NCBI GenBank assembly: GCA_049890075.1
Contig: JBMHCE010000016.1
Span: 34,181 to 98,180, forward strand
Source of the DNA: Chitinophagales bacterium
GTDB taxonomy: Bacteria; Bacteroidota; Bacteroidia; Chitinophagales; UBA8649
Length of the DNA stretch: 64,000 nt
Direction: 5' to 3'
The stretch's first letter is position 1, and the number at the start of each line of letters is the position of its first letter. The translations under genes and the position numbers were made by a program. This document shows, in pieces, positions 37,301-46,573 of the stretch. The notes under the pieces were generated by a model. The model searched no databases. It saw only the letters and a program-made list of their open reading frames with translations, and was not told where the DNA came from.

Positions 37301-37861
37301 GCCATTCAAAGGATCAAGTAAGCTGCGATTAACCCAAGTTAAGCCACGATCAGTCGACTTATAGACTTCGCCGGGTTCCGTTCCAGCATACAGGATATCA
37401 GGATGTGAGGTCGACTGAGCAAAGCCCCTGACATTGTTTTGACGAGGCGATCGAGTAGAATCTGCAATAAAGGTCTCAATAGGACCTAGTAGACTCCAAT
37501 TCCCCGAGCGGCTACCTTGTTGGATAAGCTCGCTTCGTTTTGATAATCGTGCATCGAGGCTTGGATACACTATCGAACCATCTACTTGGACAAAATCTTG
37601 AATTCGCTTTCGCCAATGCTTATAAAACTGAGTATGCGTAGTCTTTTCAAAATCATTAGAGCGATAGTATGCTTTGTATGCTGCATCAACTTCCCACACA
37701 TTTGGATCTTCAGCATACATCATTTGAGCCCATTGAGGAAGTCGGGCAACCTCCGCATCGGATGGCGTGGAGAAGAAGGTCTGACCATGAAGAGAAACAG
37801 CTAAACAGCTCAGCACAAACGCGCCCAAAAAATTTATACGTATCACTTTATTCAAGAACAT
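34391..37861 (-). CDS. 1156-aa sortilin/BNR (Asp-box) beta-propeller protein with PKD-like and MAM/choice-of-anchor-J-like modules and a T9SS type-A CTD
   Basis: Signal peptide. At least 8 Asp-boxes (STDRGLTW, SLDGGVNW, STDGGIQW, SLDGGLTF, SDDGGLTW, SYDAGLTF, TENGGLSW, SIDGGNTW). PKD-like WEFPGGSP...LTVTDASG. CTD LHVYPNPLRQG...GFYLVVLRS. Confidence 0.85.
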   Translation of the reverse strand: MFLNKVIRINFLGAFVLSCLAVSLHGQTFFSTPSDAEVARLPQWAQMMYAEDPNVWEVDAAYKAYYRSNDFEKTTHTQFYKHWRKRIQDFVQVDGSIVYPSLDARLSKRSELIQQGSRSGNWSLLGPIETFIADSTRSPRQNNVRGFAQSTSHPDILYAGTEPGEVYKSTDRGLTWVNRSLLDPLNGAVTAIAIHPSRPDTVLIGSGNSIFYSLDGGVNWYTQGLNTGECHEIQFKPSDPSIVFLACQNGFYRSTDGGIQWTNVFNERTYDVKLHTVNDDIVYLTKHNAWLNIAEFYRSLDGGLTFSLLNNGWHTSTDPNVNDRGARLALTSANPDRIYAYLIGESKAGDEGHIGLYRSDDGGLTWTLPNGPAGGPYSDTHPNLANGLSNNGHHQGFYNCAVLASQNNPDEVLIGGTSLYKSYDAGLTFEFLGGYGAGSLGDLKVDMQDFRINGNDAWVTTDGCVYWSDDFFSTTTHFEVRTNGMHSSDYWGFGQGWNEDVTVGGLYHCGVHASFDRWGQGNHLVLVGGEPASGYVNPGENRRVYSTPGLGRIVPSTIGDPVGSFTFGINPNESYWTVESSELAFHPNFYSHAITGLDNSLWITEDFGQSFQRLYTFGSNEDDLITYIEWSWSNPEVIYASQQSSSPSSSKLWKTENGGLSWVQTALPGDAAGHRKMLLQVDPLDSDVLYVAFESSNNRVYKSIDGGNTWSNLTTPTIQNERARWINLAYGTDGGIYYASNNTIFYRNNSMADWEDYGDGLPVQCNVNKAIPFYRDGKIRIASYGKGIWESPLYETNFQPIARIGLETDSFIALTCDNATRMAEVVDLSVLRHAGASRLWEFPGGSPATSTSIEQDVVYNQDGRHPIYLTVTDASGIVDRDTLYAVITSVPPEPLVQETFESTSLPVEFTIKNPDNRISWALTDNAGGFGMSSRSVYFDGFGYYEAGEVDDLVTFVDLSSTQLQPLSFDVAYARYAVNYSDTLGVLISLDCGVSYDTLYWKGGSDLATRADTNEAFIPQSDEWRRESIDLSAYFGNEEVMLVFRGKNGFGNNIYIDNINFDARDTTTPPPTNLNYLGQDVLHVYPNPLRQGDNLYLATPSPESYSVDVLDMKGSIVLKSYCQEGQGFIHTSSLETGFYLVVLRSENVIYRRMISVE

Positions 37862-37955
37862 AGTTCTAATGTAAAAGAAAATGAAAATATCCTTCGGATA
37901 ACCTAGATAATGCAGCGCAGTTAATTACATTGCAAGAACTTCAAATTCTACAAGT

Positions 37956-38741
37956 ATGCGGATTATCTCATGGAATGTAAACGGAATTCGAGCCTCGGTC
38001 AAAAAAGGCCTTGTCGAGCAAATCAATAATCATCAGGCTGATATCTGGTGTTTCCAAGAAACCAAAGCTCAAGATGATCAAGTTACAGAAGCCCTAAGTG
38101 AGTTATCCTCCGAATACCATATTCAAAGCACATCTGCTGTCAAAAAGGGCTATTCAGGAGTTGCCATTCTTACGAAAAAGTCAACCTTTGGTGAGGCAGC
38201 GCCCTATTGGTCAAGCGGTCTTTCCATCGATGAGCATGATCAGGAAGGTCGTGTATTGCGTGTTGATGCGGGCGCCTTTCACCTGGTGAATGTTTATGTT
38301 CCCAATAGCAGCAGTGGGATGAAGCGTCTCCCCTATCGGAAAACATGGGACATAGCTTTTGCCAACTACTTAAATACGCTCCGAGACGAAAAGCCTGTAA
38401 TTGTGACAGGAGATTTTAATGTTGCCCATCAACCCATCGACTTAGCACGCCCCAAAGAGAATTACAATAAAACATCGGGATATACGCAAGATGAGATCGA
38501 TGGCATGGATCTTATTCTTGACCAAGGTTTTTTTGATGCTTTCCGGACCATGCATCCCGATAAAGCTCAGTACACATTTTGGAATATGCGCTTTAAAGCA
38601 CGAGAGCGCAATGTGGGTTGGCGATTAGACTACTTTCTTGTCGACAACGCCTTGGAACAATCAACCACGTCGAGTGCTGTTTTGGACGACATTTATGGCT
38701 CAGACCACTGCCCTATCGATCTTCAGCTCAATTTGGGCTAA
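37956..38741 (+). CDS. xth: exodeoxyribonuclease III
   Basis: MRIISWNVNGIRA...CFQETK...GDFNVAH...SDHCP endonuclease/exonuclease/phosphatase signature. Confidence 0.92.
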   Translation: MRIISWNVNGIRASVKKGLVEQINNHQADIWCFQETKAQDDQVTEALSELSSEYHIQSTSAVKKGYSGVAILTKKSTFGEAAPYWSSGLSIDEHDQEGRVLRVDAGAFHLVNVYVPNSSSGMKRLPYRKTWDIAFANYLNTLRDEKPVIVTGDFNVAHQPIDLARPKENYNKTSGYTQDEIDGMDLILDQGFFDAFRTMHPDKAQYTFWNMRFKARERNVGWRLDYFLVDNALEQSTTSSAVLDDIYGSDHCPIDLQLNLG

Positions 38742-38782
38742 TTTTTTAGCCGTAAAACCAAGAAGAATCATACCTTTCCTAT

Positions 38783-39787
38783 ATGAATGCAGTGTTTCAA
38801 CAAGCAGAGACTCTTCATGAGAAGATCAAAAATGAAGTCATCCAAGACGCTGAGGCTTTTAGAATCCAATACCTAGGAAGTAAGGGTGAGATCAAAGCCA
38901 TGTTTTCAGCGATGAAGGACTTAGAGCCTCAAGAGCGAAAAGCTTTTGGGCAGCTAATGAATGCACTGAAAGTTACTGCGGAAGCTCGGTTAAAAGAGGC
39001 ACAAGGTGACCAAGGATCCAATGGGAAAGGAGTAGAAAAAAGAGACTATACTACACCAGGTATCACCCACAAATTTGGCACACGCCACCCTATTGAACAG
39101 ACCAAAGATCGAATGATTGAGATCTTTGCGAAACTGGGTTTTTCAATTGCTGAGGGACCCGAAATCGAAGATGATTGGCACAACTTTACCGCTCTAAACT
39201 TACCTCAAGACCACCCTGCAAGAGATATGCAGGATACTTTCTATGTAGATAGTAAAGCAAACATCCTATTGCGTACGCATACATCGGCTGCGCAAATCCG
39301 TGTCATGGAGAATGAAAAACCTCCCATACGTGTCATCACTCCTGGACGAGTATTCCGAAATGAGACCATATCCGCTCGAGCCCATTGTGCCTTTCATCAA
39401 GTAGAAGGGCTATACATTGCAGAGAAAGTTTCTTTTGCTGACCTCAAACAAACCCTCTACTATTTTGCTAAAGAGATGTTTGGAAGTGATAATATCCGCC
39501 TGCGGCCTTCCTATTTCCCTTTCACCGAGCCTTCCGCTGAGTTAGATGTCTCCTGCTTCATTTGTGATACAAAAGGCTGCCCAGTATGCAAAGGAAGTGG
39601 CTGGGTTGAGATTGGAGGGTGCGGCATGGTTGACCCCGAAGTGCTGAAATCAGTTAACATAGAACATCCCAAGTATACCGGCTTCGCTTTTGGCATGGGC
39701 ATCGAGCGCATTGCCATGTTGGTTCATGGAATCGATGATCTTCGACTGTTTTTTGAGAACGACCAGCGCTTTTTACAGCAGTTTTAA
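38783..39787 (+). CDS. pheS: phenylalanine--tRNA ligase alpha subunit
   Basis: HPARDMQDTFY, FPFTEPS, GFAFGMGIERIAM class II motifs. Confidence 0.93.
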   Translation: MNAVFQQAETLHEKIKNEVIQDAEAFRIQYLGSKGEIKAMFSAMKDLEPQERKAFGQLMNALKVTAEARLKEAQGDQGSNGKGVEKRDYTTPGITHKFGTRHPIEQTKDRMIEIFAKLGFSIAEGPEIEDDWHNFTALNLPQDHPARDMQDTFYVDSKANILLRTHTSAAQIRVMENEKPPIRVITPGRVFRNETISARAHCAFHQVEGLYIAEKVSFADLKQTLYYFAKEMFGSDNIRLRPSYFPFTEPSAELDVSCFICDTKGCPVCKGSGWVEIGGCGMVDPEVLKSVNIEHPKYTGFAFGMGIERIAMLVHGIDDLRLFFENDQRFLQQF

Positions 39788-39842
39788 CGTTCTGTAACGG
39801 ATTTAGAGAACTTTCTCAGAAGATTAGGCATTATAAAAACAT

Positions 39843-39850
39843 TATCTTTG
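39843..39850 (+). promoter_or_regulatory. -7 box (TAnnTTTG)
   Basis: TATCTTTG ends 24 nt upstream of the ATG at 39874. Confidence 0.45.
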
Positions 39851-39873
39851 TCGCGATTAAAAAATTTAATAGA

Positions 39874-40743
39874 ATGCAATACGCTAAAAATATACTTTTA
39901 TTGATTGGGGTTGCCACCCTTGCAACATCATGTGTTTCTAAGAAGAAATATGATATGGCTATAGAAGAGCTCGACGGTCTGCGTATCGAACGTGCTCGAT
40001 TGGTAACCGACCTTTCCAATTGTGAAACCTCATTAGATTCATCTAAGTCATCTAATGCAGTACTTACAGAGAAAAATGTAACGCTTACCGAAGACCTCAA
40101 CTACTGCGAGTCAAGCAATGAGATTTTGATCGACCGCATGGCTGATTTATCCGTGATCACTTCTGAAGGTTCTCAGCGTATTAGCTCAGCTATTGAAAAG
40201 TTGTATATGATGAATGATAGCATCGGACAACTTGTAGACAACATTAACATGAAGGATAGCATGATTGCTAGTTTGGAAGGCAACATCCGCAGATCCCTTG
40301 AAAATGTTAGCGACGAAGACATCAATATCGAAGTACGCGGAGGTGCAGTATTTATCTCTATTTCCGATAAGCTTCTCTACACTTCAGGTAGTGCAAACCT
40401 TTTACCACAGGGTGAGACAGTAATGGAGAAAATCGCTATGATCATTAACGATCACGAAGATTTCGAAGTTATGATTGAAGGGCATACAGATAACAGACCG
40501 ATTGCAGGTTACTGTATGAAAGATAACTGGGATTTGAGTGCACAACGCGCTATCGCAGTAGTTCGAACATTACAAGAAAACTACGAAGTAGATCCTGCGA
40601 GAATGATTGCAGGCGCTCGAGCTGAATACCAGCCAAAGGGTGATAATGAGACAGCTGAAGGTCGAAGTGCTAACCGACGTACTGAAGTAGTCATTCTTCC
40701 TAAGCTCGATCAGTTCTATGATCTAATGATTCCGAACAAGTAA
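39874..40743 (+). CDS. OmpA/MotB-family lipoprotein with an N-terminal coiled-coil region
   Basis: Lipobox LATSC, a heptad-like region, and an OmpA_C-like domain (GHTDNRPI...NWDLSAQRA...NRRTEVVI). Confidence 0.88.
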   Translation: MQYAKNILLLIGVATLATSCVSKKKYDMAIEELDGLRIERARLVTDLSNCETSLDSSKSSNAVLTEKNVTLTEDLNYCESSNEILIDRMADLSVITSEGSQRISSAIEKLYMMNDSIGQLVDNINMKDSMIASLEGNIRRSLENVSDEDINIEVRGGAVFISISDKLLYTSGSANLLPQGETVMEKIAMIINDHEDFEVMIEGHTDNRPIAGYCMKDNWDLSAQRAIAVVRTLQENYEVDPARMIAGARAEYQPKGDNETAEGRSANRRTEVVILPKLDQFYDLMIPNK

Positions 40744-40773
40744 GCCAAGCGCTTCCTTTCTTGAACCTATTGT

Positions 40774-40802
40774 ATGGCGCTGTTTATCAGCGCCATATTT
40801 TT
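40774..40802 (+). terminator. rho-independent terminator of the OmpA-family gene
   Basis: 9-bp stem ATGGCGCTG/CAGCGCCAT, 5-nt loop, then ATTTTT. The right arm overlaps the stop codon of the convergent radical SAM gene. Confidence 0.7.
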
Positions 40803-41803
40803 ACCCCCTCGGAGCAGTTCGTGCACATGGGAATACTTTGTCTAGACTGTTGCACCTCTTCTGTAAATGACGCAGAACGTCTTCCTGTCCATATCGATTG
40901 TACAGTCTCTTCTGGATGATTTCCTAATACGAAATCGGCGTCCTTATCAAAGCAACAAGGGACAACCTTACCATCCCAAGTTACTACAGCGCTATGCCAT
41001 GCTTTCCAACAGTGGCGTTGGCCACGTTGCTTAAGTTCATACTTCCCTTGTTTGTTCTTTCGATACCGTGAGTATTTCGATGATGAAGGCATCAAATCAT
41101 GGCCATTTTCATAGTCATAGAGTTGCGCTGTTTTTAAAGAGAAAGCATCAACACCATAGGATTTTGCCATGGATCGAAGCGTTTCAATTTCATGTTCGTT
41201 AGAAGCAAAAACTACGGTCTGCCAGATTACATGCGGATTCTTATACCCACCTTTTTCTCTTGCATTAAGCAAGGTTTCAAGACCACGCAATACCTTATCC
41301 AATTCACCTCCTTTACGATAACGACCATAACTTTCTTGTGTGCTTCCATCGATTGAAACAATCAAACGATCAAGACCACTATCGAGTGTTTCTTGCGCTC
41401 TGCGTGCTGTTAGAAAGTGGCCATTGGATGAGGTAACGGTATAGATTCCAGCTCTAGAAGCAAGACTAACCATTTTAGTAAACTGCGGATGAACATATGG
41501 CTCTCCTTGAAAATAGAAATAGAGATAAATCAAATGATCTTTTACTTCCTCAACCAGACGCTTAACATGTTCTACATCAATTGTACCTGTAGGTCTTGAA
41601 AATGATTGTAAACCGCTAGGGCATTCAGGACAGCCGAGATTGCAGGATGTTGTGGGCTCAACTGAGAGCGTCATAGGTAGGCCCCATCTCGCACCACTCC
41701 CCTGCCAGGTTGCCTTTTTATAGGACAATAGCAACTTCGACATGTTTGCGAGCTTTTTATAACTCATCTTACCTATAAATCGTTGTGTATCCCGCCAAGA
41801 CAT
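40787..41803 (-). CDS. radical SAM protein with a SPASM-type C-terminal Cys cluster
   Basis: CNLGCPEC (CxxxCxxC), then late Cys residues HCWKAW...VPCCFDKD...MCTNC. Confidence 0.8.
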   Translation of the reverse strand: MSWRDTQRFIGKMSYKKLANMSKLLLSYKKATWQGSGARWGLPMTLSVEPTTSCNLGCPECPSGLQSFSRPTGTIDVEHVKRLVEEVKDHLIYLYFYFQGEPYVHPQFTKMVSLASRAGIYTVTSSNGHFLTARRAQETLDSGLDRLIVSIDGSTQESYGRYRKGGELDKVLRGLETLLNAREKGGYKNPHVIWQTVVFASNEHEIETLRSMAKSYGVDAFSLKTAQLYDYENGHDLMPSSSKYSRYRKNKQGKYELKQRGQRHCWKAWHSAVVTWDGKVVPCCFDKDADFVLGNHPEETVQSIWTGRRSASFTEEVQQSRQSIPMCTNCSEGVKIWR

Positions 41804-41870
41804 ATCGTCAAATTAAAGGATTCCTGCAAGGAAATCCCAATATAGAGCCTATGGATTGTACATTTATTCC

Positions 41871-42713
41871 ATGAATGGAGAATGGAATACAATTGAAGGG
41901 TATAGCGATATAACATATGCAAAACGAGATGGTGTGGCGCGTATTGCATTTAATCGTCCAGAAGTGCGCAATGCCTTCCGGCCAAAAACTGTTGCTGAAT
42001 TGCTCAAAGCATTTTATGATGCCCAAGAGGACAATAGCATTGGAGTCGTACTACTTTCAGGAGAAGGACCCTCTCCAAAAGATGGTGTGTATTCCTTTTG
42101 CAGTGGCGGAGATCAAAGAGCGCGAGGAAAACAAGGATATGTTGATGGCTCCGGTACACCAAGACTTAACATCTTAGAGGTACAGCGATTGATTCGCTTC
42201 ATGCCCAAAGTTGTTATTGCTGTAGTACCTGGCTGGGCAGTTGGTGGTGGACACAGCCTTCATGTTGTATGTGATATGACGCTAGCCAGTCAGGAGCATG
42301 CCATTTTCAAACAGACGGATGCCGATGTATCAAGTTTTGACGGAGGATACGGATCAGCCTATCTCGCAAAAATGGTAGGACAAAAAAAGGCACGAGAAAT
42401 CTTTTTCCTAGGCAGAGATTATACAGCTCAGGAAGCCCTCGACATGGGCATGGTAAATGCCATCTACCCTCATGACGAACTCGAGGAGAAAGCCTTTGAA
42501 TGGGCACAAACCATTCTTCAGAAGTCGCCTACGGCTATAAAAATGCTGAAGTTCGCTATGAATCTTACCGACGACGGAATGGTAGGCCAACAAGTATTCG
42601 CTGGAGAAGCAACCCGTCTTGCCTATATGACAGATGAGGCTCAAGAAGGACGCGATGCTTTCTTAGAGAAGCGTAAGCCAAATTTTAAAGACGTAAAGCG
42701 TCTATCGCTCTAG
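41871..42713 (+). CDS. menB: 1,4-dihydroxy-2-naphthoyl-CoA synthase
   Basis: Crotonase fold with MenB-type N-terminus (YSDITYAKRDGVARIAFNRPEVRNAFRP) and GGDQ..., VPGWAVGGGH. I prefer the ATG at 41871. Confidence 0.9.
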   Translation: MNGEWNTIEGYSDITYAKRDGVARIAFNRPEVRNAFRPKTVAELLKAFYDAQEDNSIGVVLLSGEGPSPKDGVYSFCSGGDQRARGKQGYVDGSGTPRLNILEVQRLIRFMPKVVIAVVPGWAVGGGHSLHVVCDMTLASQEHAIFKQTDADVSSFDGGYGSAYLAKMVGQKKAREIFFLGRDYTAQEALDMGMVNAIYPHDELEEKAFEWAQTILQKSPTAIKMLKFAMNLTDDGMVGQQVFAGEATRLAYMTDEAQEGRDAFLEKRKPNFKDVKRLSL

Positions 42714-42731
42714 TCCTTAAATCCACAGCAT

Positions 42732-44207
42732 TTACTTAGGGATTTTTAGAAGAAGTCCCTGTTCAATTAAAAGGATATTTGTGATGGTATTTTCCCGCAG
42801 GATGTCCTCAACACGAACTCCATATTCGTAGGCAATATCGAATACGGTTTCACCAAATCGAACTCGGTGATAGACACATTCGCAATCCTCATCATATTCC
42901 TCTGCTTGCAGGCCATCTTCAACGTCTGGCATAACTCCCTGCAAAGAATCAATCTCTACATTTATGTTTTCCCCTAGAGCTAAGCCTTGTCCTAACTCAA
43001 GCAGCATCGACTCAAGATTGTTCCATTCTAATAGTTCTTCCACCGTTACTGAAAAATCCCTAGCTATTTTTTCGAGATAGTCTCCTTGTTGGACATAATA
43101 CATGTTCTTGCTCTCATCATAACCGCCATTCACTCGATCGCCTCGAAGCACAAAAAACAACGTATCACTCGTCAAATAGATATCTTGTTCTAAAGCATAA
43201 AATCGGGCTGACTTATCCGAAGGGATGTTCAAAGAAAAACCATTATGGTAATACGGAATCCAGTCAGTATTCAATGATGGATTTAGGCGCGCTAGGTCTA
43301 CAGAGTCCATATCCAGTGCTGCGGAAACGTGACTGATTTTGAGTGGTGAAAAAATCTCTACAGGAATACTAGGCGTAACGCTGTAACTCGGATAAACAAT
43401 AGGAATTTTATAATAGTCGGCGTAATGCATGGCATATACCATAGCGGTATACTTGGGAACATATTTTTGAGTCTCACGAGGCAATTGAGATTGAATATCC
43501 CAGTACGTTCTTCCCCTAGACGTTCTCGATATTGCGCGATTCACTGTACCGGGTCCTGCATTATAAGACGCCAAACTAACCAACCAATCATCATATGTGA
43601 TGTTTGCCGCCTGGAGATAAGCAAGAGCTGCTTGCGTTGATTTAATGGGGTCACAGCGTTCATCTACCCAGGAATCAAGCGTTAATCCAAGCCCACGCGC
43701 TGTAGCAGGCATGATCTGCCACAACCCACGCGCACCAGCATAACTCGTAATCTTGGGGTCAAGACCTGACTCAATGAGGGTTAGATACTTGAGCTCGATC
43801 GGCATTCCGGCCTGTGCGAGCATTCCTTCAAAAATTGGAAAGTAATATGCAGCTCTTCCGCGAAGTTTGGCGATATAGTTTCTCCCAGAATACACCATCT
43901 TCCGAATTTCAGCAATCACCTGATCATTACATTGAAAGTTGACTAGGGCAGGAATTGCCTTTAATTGCGCTGCAATCTCTTCATCACTTGGTTGGGGAAG
44001 TTCACTTTGTGGCAAACGAATTAAGGCTTTGATCTCATCATTGGTAAGAACAGCTGTGTCCTGTATAATAGAGGCCTCAATCGATGAATCAATATATGAA
44101 TAGTCCCAATCAGGTATGTGAGAATAGAAAAATCCCCGTTGTGCATTCACAGTAAAAGAAGAAACTACTGCAAATAGCGCGAGAAAAAAAAACCGGTAAA
44201 ACTTCAC
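42732..44207 (-). CDS. membrane-bound lytic transglycosylase (MltD-like) with LysM domains
   Basis: SLT catalytic region (IESGLDP...GARGLWQIMPATA...YNAG) and two C-terminal LysM-like segments. GTG start. Confidence 0.85.
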   Translation of the reverse strand: MKFYRFFFLALFAVVSSFTVNAQRGFFYSHIPDWDYSYIDSSIEASIIQDTAVLTNDEIKALIRLPQSELPQPSDEEIAAQLKAIPALVNFQCNDQVIAEIRKMVYSGRNYIAKLRGRAAYYFPIFEGMLAQAGMPIELKYLTLIESGLDPKITSYAGARGLWQIMPATARGLGLTLDSWVDERCDPIKSTQAALAYLQAANITYDDWLVSLASYNAGPGTVNRAISRTSRGRTYWDIQSQLPRETQKYVPKYTAMVYAMHYADYYKIPIVYPSYSVTPSIPVEIFSPLKISHVSAALDMDSVDLARLNPSLNTDWIPYYHNGFSLNIPSDKSARFYALEQDIYLTSDTLFFVLRGDRVNGGYDESKNMYYVQQGDYLEKIARDFSVTVEELLEWNNLESMLLELGQGLALGENINVEIDSLQGVMPDVEDGLQAEEYDEDCECVYHRVRFGETVFDIAYEYGVRVEDILRENTITNILLIEQGLLLKIPK

Positions 44208-44209
44208 CT

Positions 44210-45256
44210 CTAAAGAATTAACATCGCATCTCCGTAGCTGTAGAAACGATATTTTTCTTTGATTGCTTCTTCGTAGGCTTTCATGATTAAATCATACCCT
44301 CCAAAGGCACAAACCATTATAATTAGGCTGGATTTCGGAAGGTGAAAATTGGTTAGCATTGAATTTGCAATCGAGAATTCAAAAGGCGGATACACAAAAA
44401 GATTAGTCCAACCTTGGCCTTCTTTTAATCGACCATAGGCTGATACAGATGATTCGATAGCCCGCATCGAAGTTGTACCGATTGAACAGATTCGTTTTCC
44501 TCCGTCGAGGGCTGTGTTAATCGTCTCTACCGCCTTATCACCGACCATGTAAAACTCTGCATCCATTCTATGCTTAGATAGGTCTTCGACTTCAATTGAA
44601 CGGAAAGTACCTAGTCCCGTGTGTAGGGTGACCTCTGCCATGTCCACTCCATTGAGCTCCAATCGTTTCATTACCTCACGGCTGAAATGAAGACCCGCGG
44701 TAGGAGCAGCAACGGCTCCATCAACTTTTGCATAGATGGTCTGGTAACGGCTTTCGTCCATTTCCTCAGAATCTCGTTTAATGTATTTTGGAAGAGGTGT
44801 AGACCCCAAACCAAACAAGACCCTTCTAAAATCCTCTTGAGAACCATCGAAAAAGAATCTCACAGTTCGCCCACGAGATGTCGTATTGTCGACCACCTCC
44901 GCAACGAGTTCATCATCGCCAAAGTAAAGCTTGTTTCCCACCCGAATCTTTCGTGCTGGATCTACTAAAACATCCCAGAGCATTTGCTCTTTGTTTAACT
45001 CACGAAGCAAAAAGACCTCAATCTTTGCTCCAGTCTTTTCTTTTTGGCCGTAAAGTCGCGCAGGAAAAACCTTTGTATTGTTCATCGCAAGGGTATCCCC
45101 TTCACCGAAATAGTCAATGAAATTTTTAAACGTCTTGTGTTCGATGGTTTGTTTTGCACGGTCGATGACCATTAATCTACTCTCGTCGCGCTGCTCAGTA
45201 GGGAACTCCGCGATAAGTTCTTTTGGCAATTCATAGTTAAAGTGAGAAAGCTTCAT
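44210..45256 (-). CDS. queA: S-adenosylmethionine:tRNA ribosyltransferase-isomerase
   Basis: [20 protein letters not shown]-terminus plus TAGLHF and GTTS motifs. ATG at 45256, or 45265. Confidence 0.92.
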   Translation of the reverse strand: MKLSHFNYELPKELIAEFPTEQRDESRLMVIDRAKQTIEHKTFKNFIDYFGEGDTLAMNNTKVFPARLYGQKEKTGAKIEVFLLRELNKEQMLWDVLVDPARKIRVGNKLYFGDDELVAEVVDNTTSRGRTVRFFFDGSQEDFRRVLFGLGSTPLPKYIKRDSEEMDESRYQTIYAKVDGAVAAPTAGLHFSREVMKRLELNGVDMAEVTLHTGLGTFRSIEVEDLSKHRMDAEFYMVGDKAVETINTALDGGKRICSIGTTSMRAIESSVSAYGRLKEGQGWTNLFVYPPFEFSIANSMLTNFHLPKSSLIIMVCAFGGYDLIMKAYEEAIKEKYRFYSYGDAMLIL

Positions 45257-45316
45257 TCGTTCCATGCTTCAAAATTACTACTAACTTGCATTCTTTAACG
45301 AATCTAAATTCATTCA

Positions 45317-46573
45317 ATGGTGCGTATCATTATTCGGAGTTTTAAAACAGGTTTCCTAGAAATTTGGAGCCATAAGCTTCGATCTACGCTATCCTTTTTT
45401 GGTGTCTTTATCGGGGTGCTCTGCATAATGACTGTATTTGCTTCCGTCGATTCATTGGAACGAAACATATCAGGAAGTATAAACTCACTTGGAAATGATG
45501 TGGTTTATGTACAAAAATGGCCATGGGATTTTGGAGAAGGATATCCCTGGTGGGAATACATGAATCGACCAGAGGTCAGCGAGGATGAATACCTTGCGAT
45601 ACGAAGCCGAGTCCGCTCGTCTAAGGCCATATGCTACCTTGAAGTGATTGAAAACCAAAAGGCCATCTCATCTTGGAGCACCATGGATGGGGTAAATCTA
45701 GTGAGTGTGTCAGAGGGATATGAGAACATTCGCAGCTTGCAAGTAACCAGTGGACGATTTCTCAGTCAACGAGAATTTCACAATGGAGAACCTGTCGCCA
45801 TACTCGGTGGAAGCATTGCATTGGAGTTGTTTCCAAAAGCGGTAAGCGCCATTGGACAAAAAATAAAAGTAAATCAAGGTGAAGTTCGTATAATCGGAGT
45901 GTTACAAGAGGAAGGGCAAGATATTCTTAACCTAAGTTTAGATAATGACATCATTGTCTCCAATGCCTATATCAATAAAACGATGGGGCGAGAGACCTTT
46001 GGAAGTCCCTTAATCATGGCCAAAGTAAAGGAAGATCAAACCATGGACGAGGCGAAGGCTGAACTCGCCTTTCTCATGCGTTCAGTTCGATATCAAAATA
46101 TCCAATCTAAAGACGACTTTGCCATCAATGAAACCAGTTTGTTGGCTAATGCATTTACCAAAGTGTTTGAAGTGGTCAATCAAGCGGGACTATTCATAGG
46201 AATATTCTCGATTCTTGTTGGTGGCATTGGCATCCTAAACATTATGTTGGTATCCGTTCGTGAACGCAGAGCGTACATTGGTATTAAGAAAGCCTTAGGA
46301 GCCAAACGATATGTAATTATGCTCGAATTTCTAATTGAGGCGGTAATGCTTTGTTTGATTGGTGGAGGCTTAGGAATGGCGGCTAGTTATGCCTTCTTAA
46401 ACATTGCCAATCTTTTTATTGCTCAAAGTGGCGCTTCAATTGTACTCAGCCTTTCTGATACGAATGTCATACTAGGACTTGGCTTATCTACAGCGATTGG
46501 TCTACTTGCCGGTGCTATACCTGCTTATCTTGGGGCTTCGCTAGACCCTGTCAAAGCTATCCGTAAAATCTAA
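45317..46573 (+). CDS. ABC transporter permease (MacB/FtsX-type)
   Basis: N-terminal TM, a large periplasmic MacB_PCD-like domain, and a C-terminal FtsX 3-TM bundle. Confidence 0.85.
   Translation: MVRIIIRSFKTGFLEIWSHKLRSTLSFFGVFIGVLCIMTVFASVDSLERNISGSINSLGNDVVYVQKWPWDFGEGYPWWEYMNRPEVSEDEYLAIRSRVRSSKAICYLEVIENQKAISSWSTMDGVNLVSVSEGYENIRSLQVTSGRFLSQREFHNGEPVAILGGSIALELFPKAVSAIGQKIKVNQGEVRIIGVLQEEGQDILNLSLDNDIIVSNAYINKTMGRETFGSPLIMAKVKEDQTMDEAKAELAFLMRSVRYQNIQSKDDFAINETSLLANAFTKVFEVVNQAGLFIGIFSILVGGIGILNIMLVSVRERRAYIGIKKALGAKRYVIMLEFLIEAVMLCLIGGGLGMAASYAFLNIANLFIAQSGASIVLSLSDTNVILGLGLSTAIGLLAGAIPAYLGASLDPVKAIRKI

Noticed and set aside
41808-42026. A 72-aa same-strand ORF ending 4 nt upstream of the radical SAM/SPASM gene, a possible RiPP precursor.
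   Set aside because: About 52 of its 72 codons are antisense to the conserved N-terminus of menB (from 41871). The sequence is Cys/Phe/Ile-rich in the manner of antisense-frame artefacts. There is no internal start within the truly intergenic 41808-41870 part. Testable by checking conservation independent of menB codon constraints.
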